10,737 nucleotides of DNA, from positions 1 to 10,737 of the forward strand of contig JAYZQJ010000156.1 in NCBI GenBank assembly GCA_036149055.1, given 5' to 3'. This stretch comes from Myxococcota bacterium (GTDB lineage Bacteria > Myxococcota_A > Polyangia > Polyangiales > Sandaracinaceae). The position numbers and the translations under genes are program-made. This document shows, one piece after another, positions 1 through 8,131 of this stretch; within the stretch, counting starts at the first letter, position 1, and every line of letters starts with the position of its first letter. The notes under the pieces are model-generated. The model had not been told where the DNA came from and searched no databases. It saw nothing but the letters and a program-made list of their open reading frames with translations.

Positions 1-706
1 GGGGGCGGCGGGGGTCGTTCCGCGCGCCCCCGCCGCGCCCCGCGGGGCCCCGCCGGCGGTGGCCCCCCGCCGCCCCCGCCGCCGGGCGCGGCGGGCCGCG
101 CGACACGTCCCGGAGATCGGGGCGCGCGCCCTCGACCCGCGCGGTGGCCCGCGTCGCCGCCGCCCGGGCGCGGTCGAAGCCACGCCCGGTCGCGTCGGCC
201 GTCGCCGCCCGGCACTCCACCTCCGCCTGGCCCGCCTGGGCGCGGACCGGGAGACGGTCGCCGATCCGTAGCCGCACGGTGGCCACCTGCTCGTCGAAGG
301 TCACGTCGCGGTCGATCACCTGGAAGGAGAGCTGCTGCCCGCGGCGGAGGCGGACCCCCGGGACGCCGAAGACCTCGGTGCGCGAGTTCTCGGTCCCCCA
401 CACCTCACCGCGGACGCCCGCGCCGCGCACCCGCACCAGGAGATCCGGGTCGGCGAAGAGATCCCAGTCGCCGTCCACGTGCACCCGGCAGAGCAGGGCG
501 CCGGCGTCCGACGTCGCGAGGGCGCGCGCCGATCGGAAGAGCGCGCCGCGACGATCCAGCTGCGGGAGGCGCGAGCGATCCCAGCTTCGCTCGCCGCGGC
601 CGGCCCACTCGGGCAGCACGGTCTGCGCTTCGGCCGGCGCCGCGCACCCGGCGAGCAGGGTGAGGGCGAGGAGGGCGAACGAGAGCGGCGTCGTGAAGAT
701 GCGCAT
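1..706 (-). CDS. Predicted lipoprotein with a possible C2-like domain (3'-partial, runs off the left edge; not in the supplied ORF track)
   Basis: Manual translation from ATG at 706 (GAGG just upstream): MRIFTTPLSFALLALTLLAGCAAPAEAQTVLPEW...HVDGDWDLFADPDLLVRV...GQQLSFQVIDRDVTFDEQVATVRLRIG... It has a signal peptide with a canonical lipobox LAG-C, GC-rich third codon positions, and no in-frame stop before position 1. Confidence 0.8.
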   Translation of the reverse strand, partial: MRIFTTPLSFALLALTLLAGCAAPAEAQTVLPEWAGRGERSWDRSRLPQLDRRGALFRSARALATSDAGALLCRVHVDGDWDLFADPDLLVRVRGAGVRGEVWGTENSRTEVFGVPGVRLRRGQQLSFQVIDRDVTFDEQVATVRLRIGDRLPVRAQAGQAEVECRAATADATGRGFDRARAAATRATARVEGARPDLRDVSRGPPRPAAGAAGGHRRRGPAGRGGGARNDPRRP

Positions 707-841
707 GCCTCGACGTCTCGCAATCCCGAGGCCGCCGGGGCCAATCGCGCGGATGCGCCGAGATCACTACGCTTTCGGCGATGACGCGGCGCGGCGGAGG
801 GCGTGCCGCGCTTTCACACCGGCGACACTCACGTCGGGCGG

Positions 842-847
842 TAAGCT
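842..847 (+). promoter_or_regulatory. Putative -10 box (TAAGCT) for a leaderless yqeY-like transcript
   Basis: TAnnnT hexamer 6 nt upstream of the ATG at 854. There is no Shine-Dalgarno sequence and no convincing -35 box. Confidence 0.4.
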
Positions 848-853
848 CCCGCC

Positions 854-1297
854 ATGGCACTCAAGGATCAGCTCCTCGAAGACCTCAAGGCCGCGATGAA
901 GGCCAAGGACGAGGTCGCGAAGCTCACCCTCCGCTCGCTCAAGAGCGACCTCGCGAAGAAGGAGGTCGAGCTCGGCCGCGACCTCGACGAGAAGGAAGAG
1001 GTCGCGCTGTTGAGCAGCGCGGTGAAGTCACGCCGAGACTCGGTGAGCGAGTACGAGAAGGCCGAGCGGAAGGATCTCGCCGACGCCGAGCGCGCGGAGA
1101 TCGCGGTCATCGAGCGCTACCTGCCCGCCCAGCTGGACGAGCAGGAGGCGCGCGCCGCGATCGAGTCCCTCGCGAAGGAGCTCGGCGTCAGCGAGAAGAA
1201 GCAGATGGGTCAGCTGATGAACGCGGTGATGGAGCGCTACCGCGGTCAGATCGACGGAAAGCAGGCCTCGCGGATCGCGGCCGGCCTGCTGTCCTGA
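854..1297 (+). CDS. yqeY: GatB/YqeY domain-containing protein
   Basis: 147 aa with family-typical segments LKDQLLEDLKAAMKAKD, KSRRDSVSEYEKAERKDLADAERAEIAVIERYLP and KQMGQLM...GQIDGK. The length is typical of stand-alone YqeY proteins. Confidence 0.93.
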   Translation: MALKDQLLEDLKAAMKAKDEVAKLTLRSLKSDLAKKEVELGRDLDEKEEVALLSSAVKSRRDSVSEYEKAERKDLADAERAEIAVIERYLPAQLDEQEARAAIESLAKELGVSEKKQMGQLMNAVMERYRGQIDGKQASRIAAGLLS

Positions 1298-1307
1298 GCC
1301 CTCGATC

Positions 1308-2264
1308 TCAGCGCGGGCCGCAGTCGGCGCAGTCGGTGCCGAGCGCGCAGACCGAGTAGAGCGAGTCGGGGCCGCCGTCGTCGCACTCGCCGTCGTTCGC
1401 GCTCGAGCAGGTGTTCGTGCAGCTGCCGCCGCCGCTCGGCTGCGCTTCGCCGCCGCCGCCGCCGCTCGAGGCCGCGCCGCCCGCGCTCGCGCCCTGGGTG
1501 GCCACGCCGCCGCTCTCGCCCGCGAGCCAGGCGATCATGGCGCAGCCGGCGAAGATGTTGCCGGCGGTGCCCTCGTAGCGGACCGGGCCCGAGAAGTCGG
1601 AGCCGTCGTGCTCCTGGCGGAAGACGTGGATCTGGATGCTGCAGTGGCCGTCCGGGAACCGGTGACCGACCACGCCGGCGATGCGGCGGCCGGTGATCAG
1701 GCCCGAGCGGTTGTGGCGGAGCGTCGACCACTCGTCGGACGCGATCCGGGTCACCGCCGGGTCGTCGATCCAGCCCTGGTCGCGCGCCCGCATCTGCACC
1801 GCCGAGTGCATCTCGGCCTCGAGCGCCGGGTCCTGCATGATCGGGTTGGTGTTCATGCGGTTGAGCCGTCGCAGGTAGTCGAGGCGCTCCCCGAAGCCCT
1901 GCGGCGCCGGGCTGTCGAAGGTGTAGTGGTCGCCGTCCACCGAGAGGCTGTCGGCGTAGAGGAAGCCGTCCCCGTCGCACGAGGTCACGAAGAGATCGTC
2001 GACCTCGCTCTGCACCTCGAGCTGCACCGACTCACCCGGCTCGATCCGCTCGCCGTAAGAGGCGGTGTGGTCGTCCTGCACCAGCTCCACGCCGCAGAGC
2101 GGCTGCCCCGACGCGTTCTCGAAGGTCAGCGTCCCGGTGTACTCGCCGCCGGCCGAGCCGCCGCCCGAGCCGCCTCCTCCGCGTCGCCTGCACCCCGTCC
2201 AGGCCAGGAGGCCCACCGCCACGCACCCGATCACGATCCAGCTCTTCACGCCACGTCCAAGCAT
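1308..2264 (-). CDS. Exported or lipid-anchored hypothetical protein with Gly/Ser linkers and a C-terminal six-Cys CDDGG module
   Basis: SD-like GGAGGG 5 nt before the ATG at 2264 (the track starts at GTG 2267). The hydrophobic N-terminus ends in LLAWTG-C, a non-canonical lipobox. Two globular regions follow, then the tail CTNTCSSANDGECDDGGPDSLYSVCALGTDCADCGPR. Confidence 0.8.
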   Translation of the reverse strand: MLGRGVKSWIVIGCVAVGLLAWTGCRRRGGGGSGGGSAGGEYTGTLTFENASGQPLCGVELVQDDHTASYGERIEPGESVQLEVQSEVDDLFVTSCDGDGFLYADSLSVDGDHYTFDSPAPQGFGERLDYLRRLNRMNTNPIMQDPALEAEMHSAVQMRARDQGWIDDPAVTRIASDEWSTLRHNRSGLITGRRIAGVVGHRFPDGHCSIQIHVFRQEHDGSDFSGPVRYEGTAGNIFAGCAMIAWLAGESGGVATQGASAGGAASSGGGGGEAQPSGGGSCTNTCSSANDGECDDGGPDSLYSVCALGTDCADCGPR

Positions 2265-2327
2265 CACGTCCCTCCAGTCGAAGAGAGCGTCACGCGTCGA
2301 GCGGGGTCCCGGTAGTGGCAGAATTTT

Positions 2328-5300
2328 CTACGGTCGAACGCAGCTCGAGTCCTCGAGACAGAACGGGTCCTCGAGGACCTCCCAGGGGACCTCGCTGCCG
2401 CCGCTGGCGAGATACCAGCCGATCACGTTGAGCAGGTACTCGCCCTCGTCGAAGACCTTGGTCGGATCGACCGGCAACAAGACGTGCTGTCCCACGGGGA
2501 CCGTCATCGCGTTGAGCACCAGGCTGAAGCCCTCGAAGTCGCCGCTCGTGCGCCACGGGTCGCCGAAGGCGTCGATGGCGGGCGCGCTGACCCTTCCCCA
2601 GCGCAGCGGAGGATCGAGGCGGAGCGGCTGGATGCCGCCCTCGGCCTCGGCGAGCTGGCTCGTGCCGCGGGGCGTGAAGAAGAGCTGCCCGTCCGACAGA
2701 TCGTCGACGTCGAAGAGGAACTGCGGCGCGCCCGGCGCGGGGTGGCGCTCCAGCCGGGACAGGCCTTCGAGCACGTGGCGCGAGATCAGGACGTCGTCGG
2801 GCGAGGCGAGCCCCCAGGTCCCGCGGACCCGGCTCGGCGCGGCCCAATCGGTGAGCGCGATCGGCGCGTCCGGCGGGAGGAAGGCGAGCACCCCCGCCGC
2901 GCGCGCGTAGGCGTTCCCGGTCGCCGGGGGCACGGTGGTGTCGCCGGCGGTGTTCATCACCATGACCGAGCGCGTGCGCGGCGTGACGTCCTCCGCGGTC
3001 ACCGGGTCGAGGAAGACGTGGCGCGCGAAGTTGACGGGGTCGGCGGGGTCGAGCGCGATCTGCGCGAGCCCGGCGAGGCGCCGCAGATCCGGGGTCTGGC
3101 GCGCGAGGCCGAGCCCCTCGGCCGGCGCGACGAGCGGCTCGTCCCGGTCGAAGACCTCCCCCTGGTAGACGGCGCAGCTCGCGCAGTTGCCGAGCCCCTC
3201 GCCGTTGCCGGAGCGCCACGAGTCGATCGCGTCGTTGATCGGCGGCTCCTCGAAGCCCTCGCGGAGCCGGCACGCGCCGAGGTCGATCGCCTCGAGCGCG
3301 TCGTCGTAGACGAGCACGCTCAGCCGGTCGCCCCGCGAGGTCGGGATCTGGGTGCGGAAGCGACCGTCCGGGCCGACCGCCGCGCAGCGCGCCTCGCCGT
3401 TGGTGAAGTTGGCGAGCACGACGACGTCGCCCTCCTGCAGGCTCGCCTCCGGGACGCACGCGAACTCGGTGCGCGCGCGCTCGCTGAGGTCCGGCAGCTC
3501 GAAGAAGATCGAGCGGTCCCCCGCCGCGCACGCGGTGTCGCGCCCCGGCTCCGCGCTCGGCGCCGAGGCCACGATCGGGCCCATCACCCGCAGCCAGATC
3601 GGGTGCCGCGCGGTCGAGAGCGAGGTGCGGAGGCCGATGTCGAAGAGGCTGCCGCCGCCGCTGACCGGGGCCGCGGTGGTGATGGCCGGCTCCACGCCGA
3701 TGTTGAGCATGCTCAGGATGCCGCCGAGCGAGCTGCCCCACTGGCCGTAGGGCACGTCCCAGCCGCCGAGGTCGGGCACGCCGTCGCCGTCGAAGTCGCC
3801 CGCGAGATCCCGGTCGCCGTCACCGTCGATGTCGCCGTCGAACTCGACGTCGAAGCGCGAGGTGCGGAGGGGCAGGGTGGCCGGCTCCCAGTCGCGGCCC
3901 TCGGGGAAGTCCGGGTGACCCTGCCAGGAGCGCACGATGCGGATGGCCTGCATCCAGTCGATCACGCTCTGCCGGAGGGTGTCGCGCGTGTGGAACATGT
4001 AGGCGCTGAAGAAGAGGCCCGCGCTGTCGGCGGTGCCGTCGCCGTTCAGGTCGCGGGCGCGATCCTCCGCGACGGCGCGCCCGAGCGGGGCGAGGCAGCT
4101 CCCCGCGAGCACCGACTCCAGCAGCGGCCGCAGGTCGTCGCCGAGGGGCAGCCCGTGGCCCTGCGCGGTGATGCTGACGGTGGCCACGCCGTGGTTGGCC
4201 ACGAGCCCGGCGAACGCGATGGCCTCCAGGTTCAGCGAGCCGTAGCCGTGCGCGTAGAAGGTCGTGCGGAACGGCTGGCGGTGCGTCTCGGTCTCCTTGG
4301 GCACGATCACGAAGATCGGCACCAGGTCGCGGTCGACCCGCGCCTCGCCGGTCTGTCGGTTCAAGTCGAAGGTGTCGTCGACCGTCTCCTGATCCGGGTC
4401 GCCGAGGAAGTAGGGCGACTCGAAGAAGCCGAAGGCCATGTGCGACACCGAGCGCTCGAGGCTCTCGAGCACCGCGTCGAGCTGGGTGACCGGCACCCCG
4501 AGGTCTTCCACCGGCAGCCCCTCGAGCGCCTCGGCCAGCTGCGCCGGGGTGACGGTGTAGATGCCCGGGCCGGGCTCGCAGGGCGCCGTGCGGGTGCCGC
4601 CGCGGAGCGGGGCGGGGATCATGCGCGCCGGGAACTCGTCGGCCAGCCGGGCGAACGGGCCGCGGCCGTAGAGCCCCTCGCGGATGGCGGTCAGGTCGCG
4701 CTGGGTGCTCTGGGTGGTGAAGCTCCACGCGAAGGCCACGCCCTCCCAGCCCACGCGCGACAGCTCGCCGTAGATGTCCGGGTGATCGGCCAGCCGGTCC
4801 GGCAGCGACGCGAGGTCCTCGCGCTGCGAGAGCGGGTGCACCACCTCGAAGGGCGAGCGCACGCTCTCCCCGCCCCGCCCGCGCAGCCGCTCGGTGAGCA
4901 CCACCGCGTACTGACGCTGCGGCTCGAGCGGGAGGATGGGGCGCAGGACCAGCGTGTCGGTCTCGCGCTCGTAGAACCAGAGCATGCGGTCGACGGTCTC
5001 GTTCGCCGCGCCGGTGAGCCGGCCGTCGAGCGTGTTCGGCGCGTCGAGCACGCCGTCCGAGTCGGTGTCCTCACCGGGGTCGAGCCGACCGTTGCCGTTC
5101 TGGTCCTCGTCGACCGTCTCGAACAGCAGGTTGGACTCGCCGGCCCGCGGGTCGTTGGAGTAATAGGCGTCGGGGTCGGCGACCACCCGCGGGAAGCGAT
5201 CGCTGTTGACGTCGAGCGGGACCGGGAGCCCGGTCTCCATGTCGATCAGGTAGATGGCGTGGCGCTGGAAATCGGCGGCCGAGAAGCGGCTCCCGCCCTG

Positions 5301-5639
5301 CGCCGCGATCAGCGCGTCGGTGTCGAGGGGCGCGTCGAAGCGCACGGTGATGGGCGCGAAGGTCCCCCAGCCGTCGAGCGCGTCGAACTCCTGGCGCAGC
5401 CGCCGCTCCATGCTCGACGGCGCGATCAGGCTCGCGTTGATCCGCCGGCCGGTCGGCGAGTCCGGGTCGGGCCAGGTGGCCACGTCGTTCGGCAGCGGGA
5501 TCTCGGGCAGCGGCTCGGCCTCGAGATCCCAGACCACCCGCGGGCCCTCGCCCGGCTCGGTCTCGGCCCAGCCCTGGGGCAGCCCGCCGCTCTCACAGGC
5601 CACGAGCGAGAGCGCGATCGCGTAGCGAAGGAAGCGCAT
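2328..5639 (-). CDS. Large lipoprotein, alpha/beta-hydrolase (lipase/phospholipase, Pla-1/VolA-like architecture) with an N-terminal Ig-like region and DxDxDG-type Ca-binding loops
   Basis: 1103 aa. Lipobox LVA-C; N-terminal IPLPND...LDGWGTFAPITVRF and TLVLRPILPLEPQRQYAVVLT segments; oxyanion-type YAHGYG; nucleophile elbow WGSSLGG (G-x-S-x-G, about 3721-3741); candidate Asp in GDTTVP and His in GQHV. Family assigned from motif recall, not from a search. Confidence 0.8.
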   Translation of the reverse strand: MRFLRYAIALSLVACESGGLPQGWAETEPGEGPRVVWDLEAEPLPEIPLPNDVATWPDPDSPTGRRINASLIAPSSMERRLRQEFDALDGWGTFAPITVRFDAPLDTDALIAAQGGSRFSAADFQRHAIYLIDMETGLPVPLDVNSDRFPRVVADPDAYYSNDPRAGESNLLFETVDEDQNGNGRLDPGEDTDSDGVLDAPNTLDGRLTGAANETVDRMLWFYERETDTLVLRPILPLEPQRQYAVVLTERLRGRGGESVRSPFEVVHPLSQREDLASLPDRLADHPDIYGELSRVGWEGVAFAWSFTTQSTQRDLTAIREGLYGRGPFARLADEFPARMIPAPLRGGTRTAPCEPGPGIYTVTPAQLAEALEGLPVEDLGVPVTQLDAVLESLERSVSHMAFGFFESPYFLGDPDQETVDDTFDLNRQTGEARVDRDLVPIFVIVPKETETHRQPFRTTFYAHGYGSLNLEAIAFAGLVANHGVATVSITAQGHGLPLGDDLRPLLESVLAGSCLAPLGRAVAEDRARDLNGDGTADSAGLFFSAYMFHTRDTLRQSVIDWMQAIRIVRSWQGHPDFPEGRDWEPATLPLRTSRFDVEFDGDIDGDGDRDLAGDFDGDGVPDLGGWDVPYGQWGSSLGGILSMLNIGVEPAITTAAPVSGGGSLFDIGLRTSLSTARHPIWLRVMGPIVASAPSAEPGRDTACAAGDRSIFFELPDLSERARTEFACVPEASLQEGDVVVLANFTNGEARCAAVGPDGRFRTQIPTSRGDRLSVLVYDDALEAIDLGACRLREGFEEPPINDAIDSWRSGNGEGLGNCASCAVYQGEVFDRDEPLVAPAEGLGLARQTPDLRRLAGLAQIALDPADPVNFARHVFLDPVTAEDVTPRTRSVMVMNTAGDTTVPPATGNAYARAAGVLAFLPPDAPIALTDWAAPSRVRGTWGLASPDDVLISRHVLEGLSRLERHPAPGAPQFLFDVDDLSDGQLFFTPRGTSQLAEAEGGIQPLRLDPPLRWGRVSAPAIDAFGDPWRTSGDFEGFSLVLNAMTVPVGQHVLLPVDPTKVFDEGEYLLNVIGWYLASGGSEVPWEVLEDPFCLEDSSCVRP

Positions 5640-5647
5640 CGCCCGGG

Positions 5648-5653
5648 AGCATA
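5648..5653 (-). promoter_or_regulatory. Putative -10 box (TATGCT) for a near-leaderless transcript of the hydrolase gene
   Basis: The minus strand reads cgc-TATGCT-cccgggcg-ATG (8-nt gap) with no SD. It lies just downstream of the upstream gene's terminator. Confidence 0.4.
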
Positions 5654-5666
5654 GCGAAGACGGAAT

Positions 5667-5699
5667 GGAAACGCGCAGCCTCGAGGAGAGGCTGCGCGT
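5667..5699 (-). terminator. Probable intrinsic terminator hairpin downstream of the PPC-like lipoprotein gene
   Basis: Perfect 12-bp stem ACGCGCAGCCTC (5671-5682) / GAGGCTGCGCGT (5688-5699) with a 5-nt loop, 23 nt after the stop at 5723. Only a short T run follows on the minus strand. Confidence 0.7.
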
Positions 5700-5722
5700 C
5701 TCGCGGTCCGGTCGTCTGGAGG

Positions 5723-7270
5723 TCAGGGCGCCGGGGGCGGGCAGACCGCCGGGTCGCCCATGCAGGTGCCGGTGGAGCAGCGGTTCATCGCCTCCATCGG
5801 ATCGCAGGGGGCGCCGGCGGGGAGCACCGGGCGGAGGCTGACGTCGAGCGAGAACGGCGTCTCCGCCTCCGCGCCGCCGTAGATCTCGACCGCGATGGTG
5901 TAGGTGCCGGCCGGCGCGTCCTGGAGGACGGTGGTCGACCGGTAGGTCTCGTCGTCGTCGTTGCAGGCCGCCTCGCTGCCGGGGTCGCCGCAGGTGGAGC
6001 GGAAGTAGACGACGGTGTCGATGTCCTCGGACGTCGCCGCGTTCTCGGTCGACGCGATGAGGTCGTAGGTGCCGGCGGGTACGTCGACGGTGAAGAGCGT
6101 CTCACCGCCGCTGGTGTCGCCGCAGGTCGCGAAGAAGAGGCTGTCGGCCGCGGGCACCGCGCCGGCCACCGACTCGGTGACGGTGGTCGGGCCGGGCGTG
6201 ATCGAGACCGCGGTGGCGCCCGAGCAGGCGGCCATGACGTCGGCCGGGATCGCGCAGGTGCCGCCGTCGCAGCTCAGGCCGTCGGCGCAGATGGTGCTCG
6301 CGCCGCAGCTCTCGCCGAGGCCGGCCTCGGTCACGTCGGAGAGCGCGAAGGTCATGCTGGAGCTCTCGAGGTCGAAGCGGTCGACCACGGTGACCTCGAC
6401 CTGCGTCGCCGCGGCGGTCGCGGTCATGAAGTCCTCGTCGGCGATGCGCACGAGGGCCTCGTAGGCCGGGGTGCCGCTCACGCGCTCCACGCCCACCTCG
6501 AAGGTCGACTGCGCCGGGGTCTCCGGGTCGCCGTCGGTGTCGACCTCGATCGCGGCGCCGGAGCCGTCGAGGAACGAGACGCGCACGTAGGAGACGTCGC
6601 CCTCGGCGTCCATGCCGCGCACGACGAGGTCGTAGCGCTCGGTGCCCACGCGGTAGGCGTCACCCTCGGTGAGGGTCGGGGCGCTCGCGTCGCTCACCTC
6701 GACGGTGAGCTCGTACGCGCCGCTGTCGGTCGCCTCGCCGTAGCCGGTGACCACGAGGTGCACGGTGCTGCCGCCCTCGGCGGTGAAGCTGCCGGCCGAC
6801 TGCGCGATGAGGCCGGGGAGGGCGTCGTCGAAGCAGGTGGCGGCCTCGGTCGAGTCGCAGGCGGTGGGGCGCACCTCGAGGAGGGTGTCCCAGCCGGTCG
6901 CCTCGTTGAGGGTGTTGAAGCTGACGCCCTTCAGGCCGGTGCCGGGCACCGTGAGGGCGAGGATCTCGGCCGGGGCGGCGTGCTCGGGGGCGCCGCAGCC
7001 CTCGGAGAGCGGGAAGCCGGTGGTGCCACCGGAGGTGTCGCCGGTGATGGTCTGCTCGCCGTCGGTCAGGGTGACCGCGCGGGGCGCGTCGCAGGCGCCG
7101 CCCATCATCATGCCGGAGTCGTGCCCGTTGGCGTCCGGCGGGGGCATCGTCGCGTCTTCGGTCGACGTTCCGCCGTCGTCCATGCCCGCGTCGGCGGGGG
7201 TCGGGTCGCTGTCGCAGCCGACCAGGGCCAGGAGAAGGGAGCTCAATAGAAGGAGTCGTGTGTGCTGCAT
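5723..7270 (-). CDS. Cys-rich surface lipoprotein with two PPC-like (pre-peptidase C-terminal-like) beta-sandwich modules
   Basis: The start at ATG 7270 gives MQHTRLLLLSSLLLALVG-C (lipobox LVGC); the track extends to 7303. An acidic DAG linker follows. Two related modules (WDTLLEVRPTAC...TCFDD...VHLVVTGY...AYELTV and IDTVVYFRSTC...ACNDD...GTYTIAVEIY...FSLDV) and short four-Cys motifs (GESC..., GAPC...). No catalytic motif seen. Confidence 0.8.
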   Translation of the reverse strand: MQHTRLLLLSSLLLALVGCDSDPTPADAGMDDGGTSTEDATMPPPDANGHDSGMMMGGACDAPRAVTLTDGEQTITGDTSGGTTGFPLSEGCGAPEHAAPAEILALTVPGTGLKGVSFNTLNEATGWDTLLEVRPTACDSTEAATCFDDALPGLIAQSAGSFTAEGGSTVHLVVTGYGEATDSGAYELTVEVSDASAPTLTEGDAYRVGTERYDLVVRGMDAEGDVSYVRVSFLDGSGAAIEVDTDGDPETPAQSTFEVGVERVSGTPAYEALVRIADEDFMTATAAATQVEVTVVDRFDLESSSMTFALSDVTEAGLGESCGASTICADGLSCDGGTCAIPADVMAACSGATAVSITPGPTTVTESVAGAVPAADSLFFATCGDTSGGETLFTVDVPAGTYDLIASTENAATSEDIDTVVYFRSTCGDPGSEAACNDDDETYRSTTVLQDAPAGTYTIAVEIYGGAEAETPFSLDVSLRPVLPAGAPCDPMEAMNRCSTGTCMGDPAVCPPPAP

Positions 7271-7299
7271 GACCGGGCGGCATAGTGCATGCCCGCGCC

Positions 7300-8016
7300 T
7301 CACGCCCGCTTTTTCTGTCCCTCTTCGGGGAGGATGGCCTCCATCGGCTCGACCTCGAACGCCTGCCGCTCTTCGTCCCAGTCCACGATCAGCGCCTCGT
7401 CGCCCCGGGCGAGCGCCTCGGGATCGGCGCAGCGCACGTGGAGGATCATGTCCGACCGCCCGTCCTTCAGCTCCGCCTGGCCGAAGCGCGCGTCGACGTT
7501 CCCGGTGCGGATCTTCACGACCTGCCCCACGAGGTCGCGGTTGCCCCGGGCCGCGCGCACCCGGAAGAGCGGCGCCATCGGCCGGGTGAGGAGCGAGGTC
7601 AGCGGCGTGGCGAGCGCGAGCGCGGCGACGGTCACCACCAGCGCGGAGAGGAAGCCGCCGAGCGGGAGCACCGGCGCGAGGTACCGGCTGCCGAAGAAGG
7701 TGCCGAGCCAGCCGAAGAGCACCAGGAGGCTGAGCACCACGGTCAGCGGCGCGTGACGGAGCCCCAGCGCCGAGAGCACCCCCGCGAGCCCCCCGACGTC
7801 GCCGACCTCCAGGTCGGCTTCCATCGCGCCTTCTGCGCCGCCCTCGAGCGCTCCGTCCACCGCCCCGTCTGCGCCGTCGGCCCCGAGGTCGAAGTCGAGC
7901 ACCTCGAGGTCGAGCGCGCCGAGCATCACCGAGAGCCAGTACAGGACGACCAGCCCGAGCAGCCCGGTGAACGCGAGCGTCGGCATCGAGAGCGCGGTGG
8001 CGAGGAACTCCTCCAT
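7300..8016 (-). CDS. YqiJ-like (DUF1449) membrane protein with a C-terminal NfeD-type OB fold
   Basis: 238 aa. N-terminal TM (PTLAFTGLLGLVVLYWLSVMLGALD), an acidic D/G-rich loop, two further TMs (LGLRHAPLTVVLSLLVLFGW...), then DLVGQVVKIRTGNVDARFGQAEL...HVRC...LARGDEALIVDWD. SD-like AAGGGG before the ATG. Confidence 0.8.
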   Translation of the reverse strand: MEEFLATALSMPTLAFTGLLGLVVLYWLSVMLGALDLEVLDFDLGADGADGAVDGALEGGAEGAMEADLEVGDVGGLAGVLSALGLRHAPLTVVLSLLVLFGWLGTFFGSRYLAPVLPLGGFLSALVVTVAALALATPLTSLLTRPMAPLFRVRAARGNRDLVGQVVKIRTGNVDARFGQAELKDGRSDMILHVRCADPEALARGDEALIVDWDEERQAFEVEPMEAILPEEGQKKRA

Positions 8017-8131
8017 GACCCCTTCCGCGAGAGTACAGCGCCGCCGCCCCCCTCGCGTAGGGGTGAACGCGCGACCCTCGCGCCTATTGCACCGGCTCGC
8101 ACCGCCGCCCGGATGGCGCTACCTCTAGTGC

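Noticed and set aside
1..100. Almost pure G/C stretch at the left edge as a repeat or regulatory element
   Set aside because: It has no regular unit and translates to low-complexity A/G/R/P. It may be low-quality contig-end sequence, so the lipoprotein sequence here is unreliable.
2484..5654. 1056-aa plus-strand ORF
   Set aside because: It is the antisense shadow of the hydrolase gene. Such ORFs are expected at this GC content, and it is Arg/Val/Ala-rich with no motifs.
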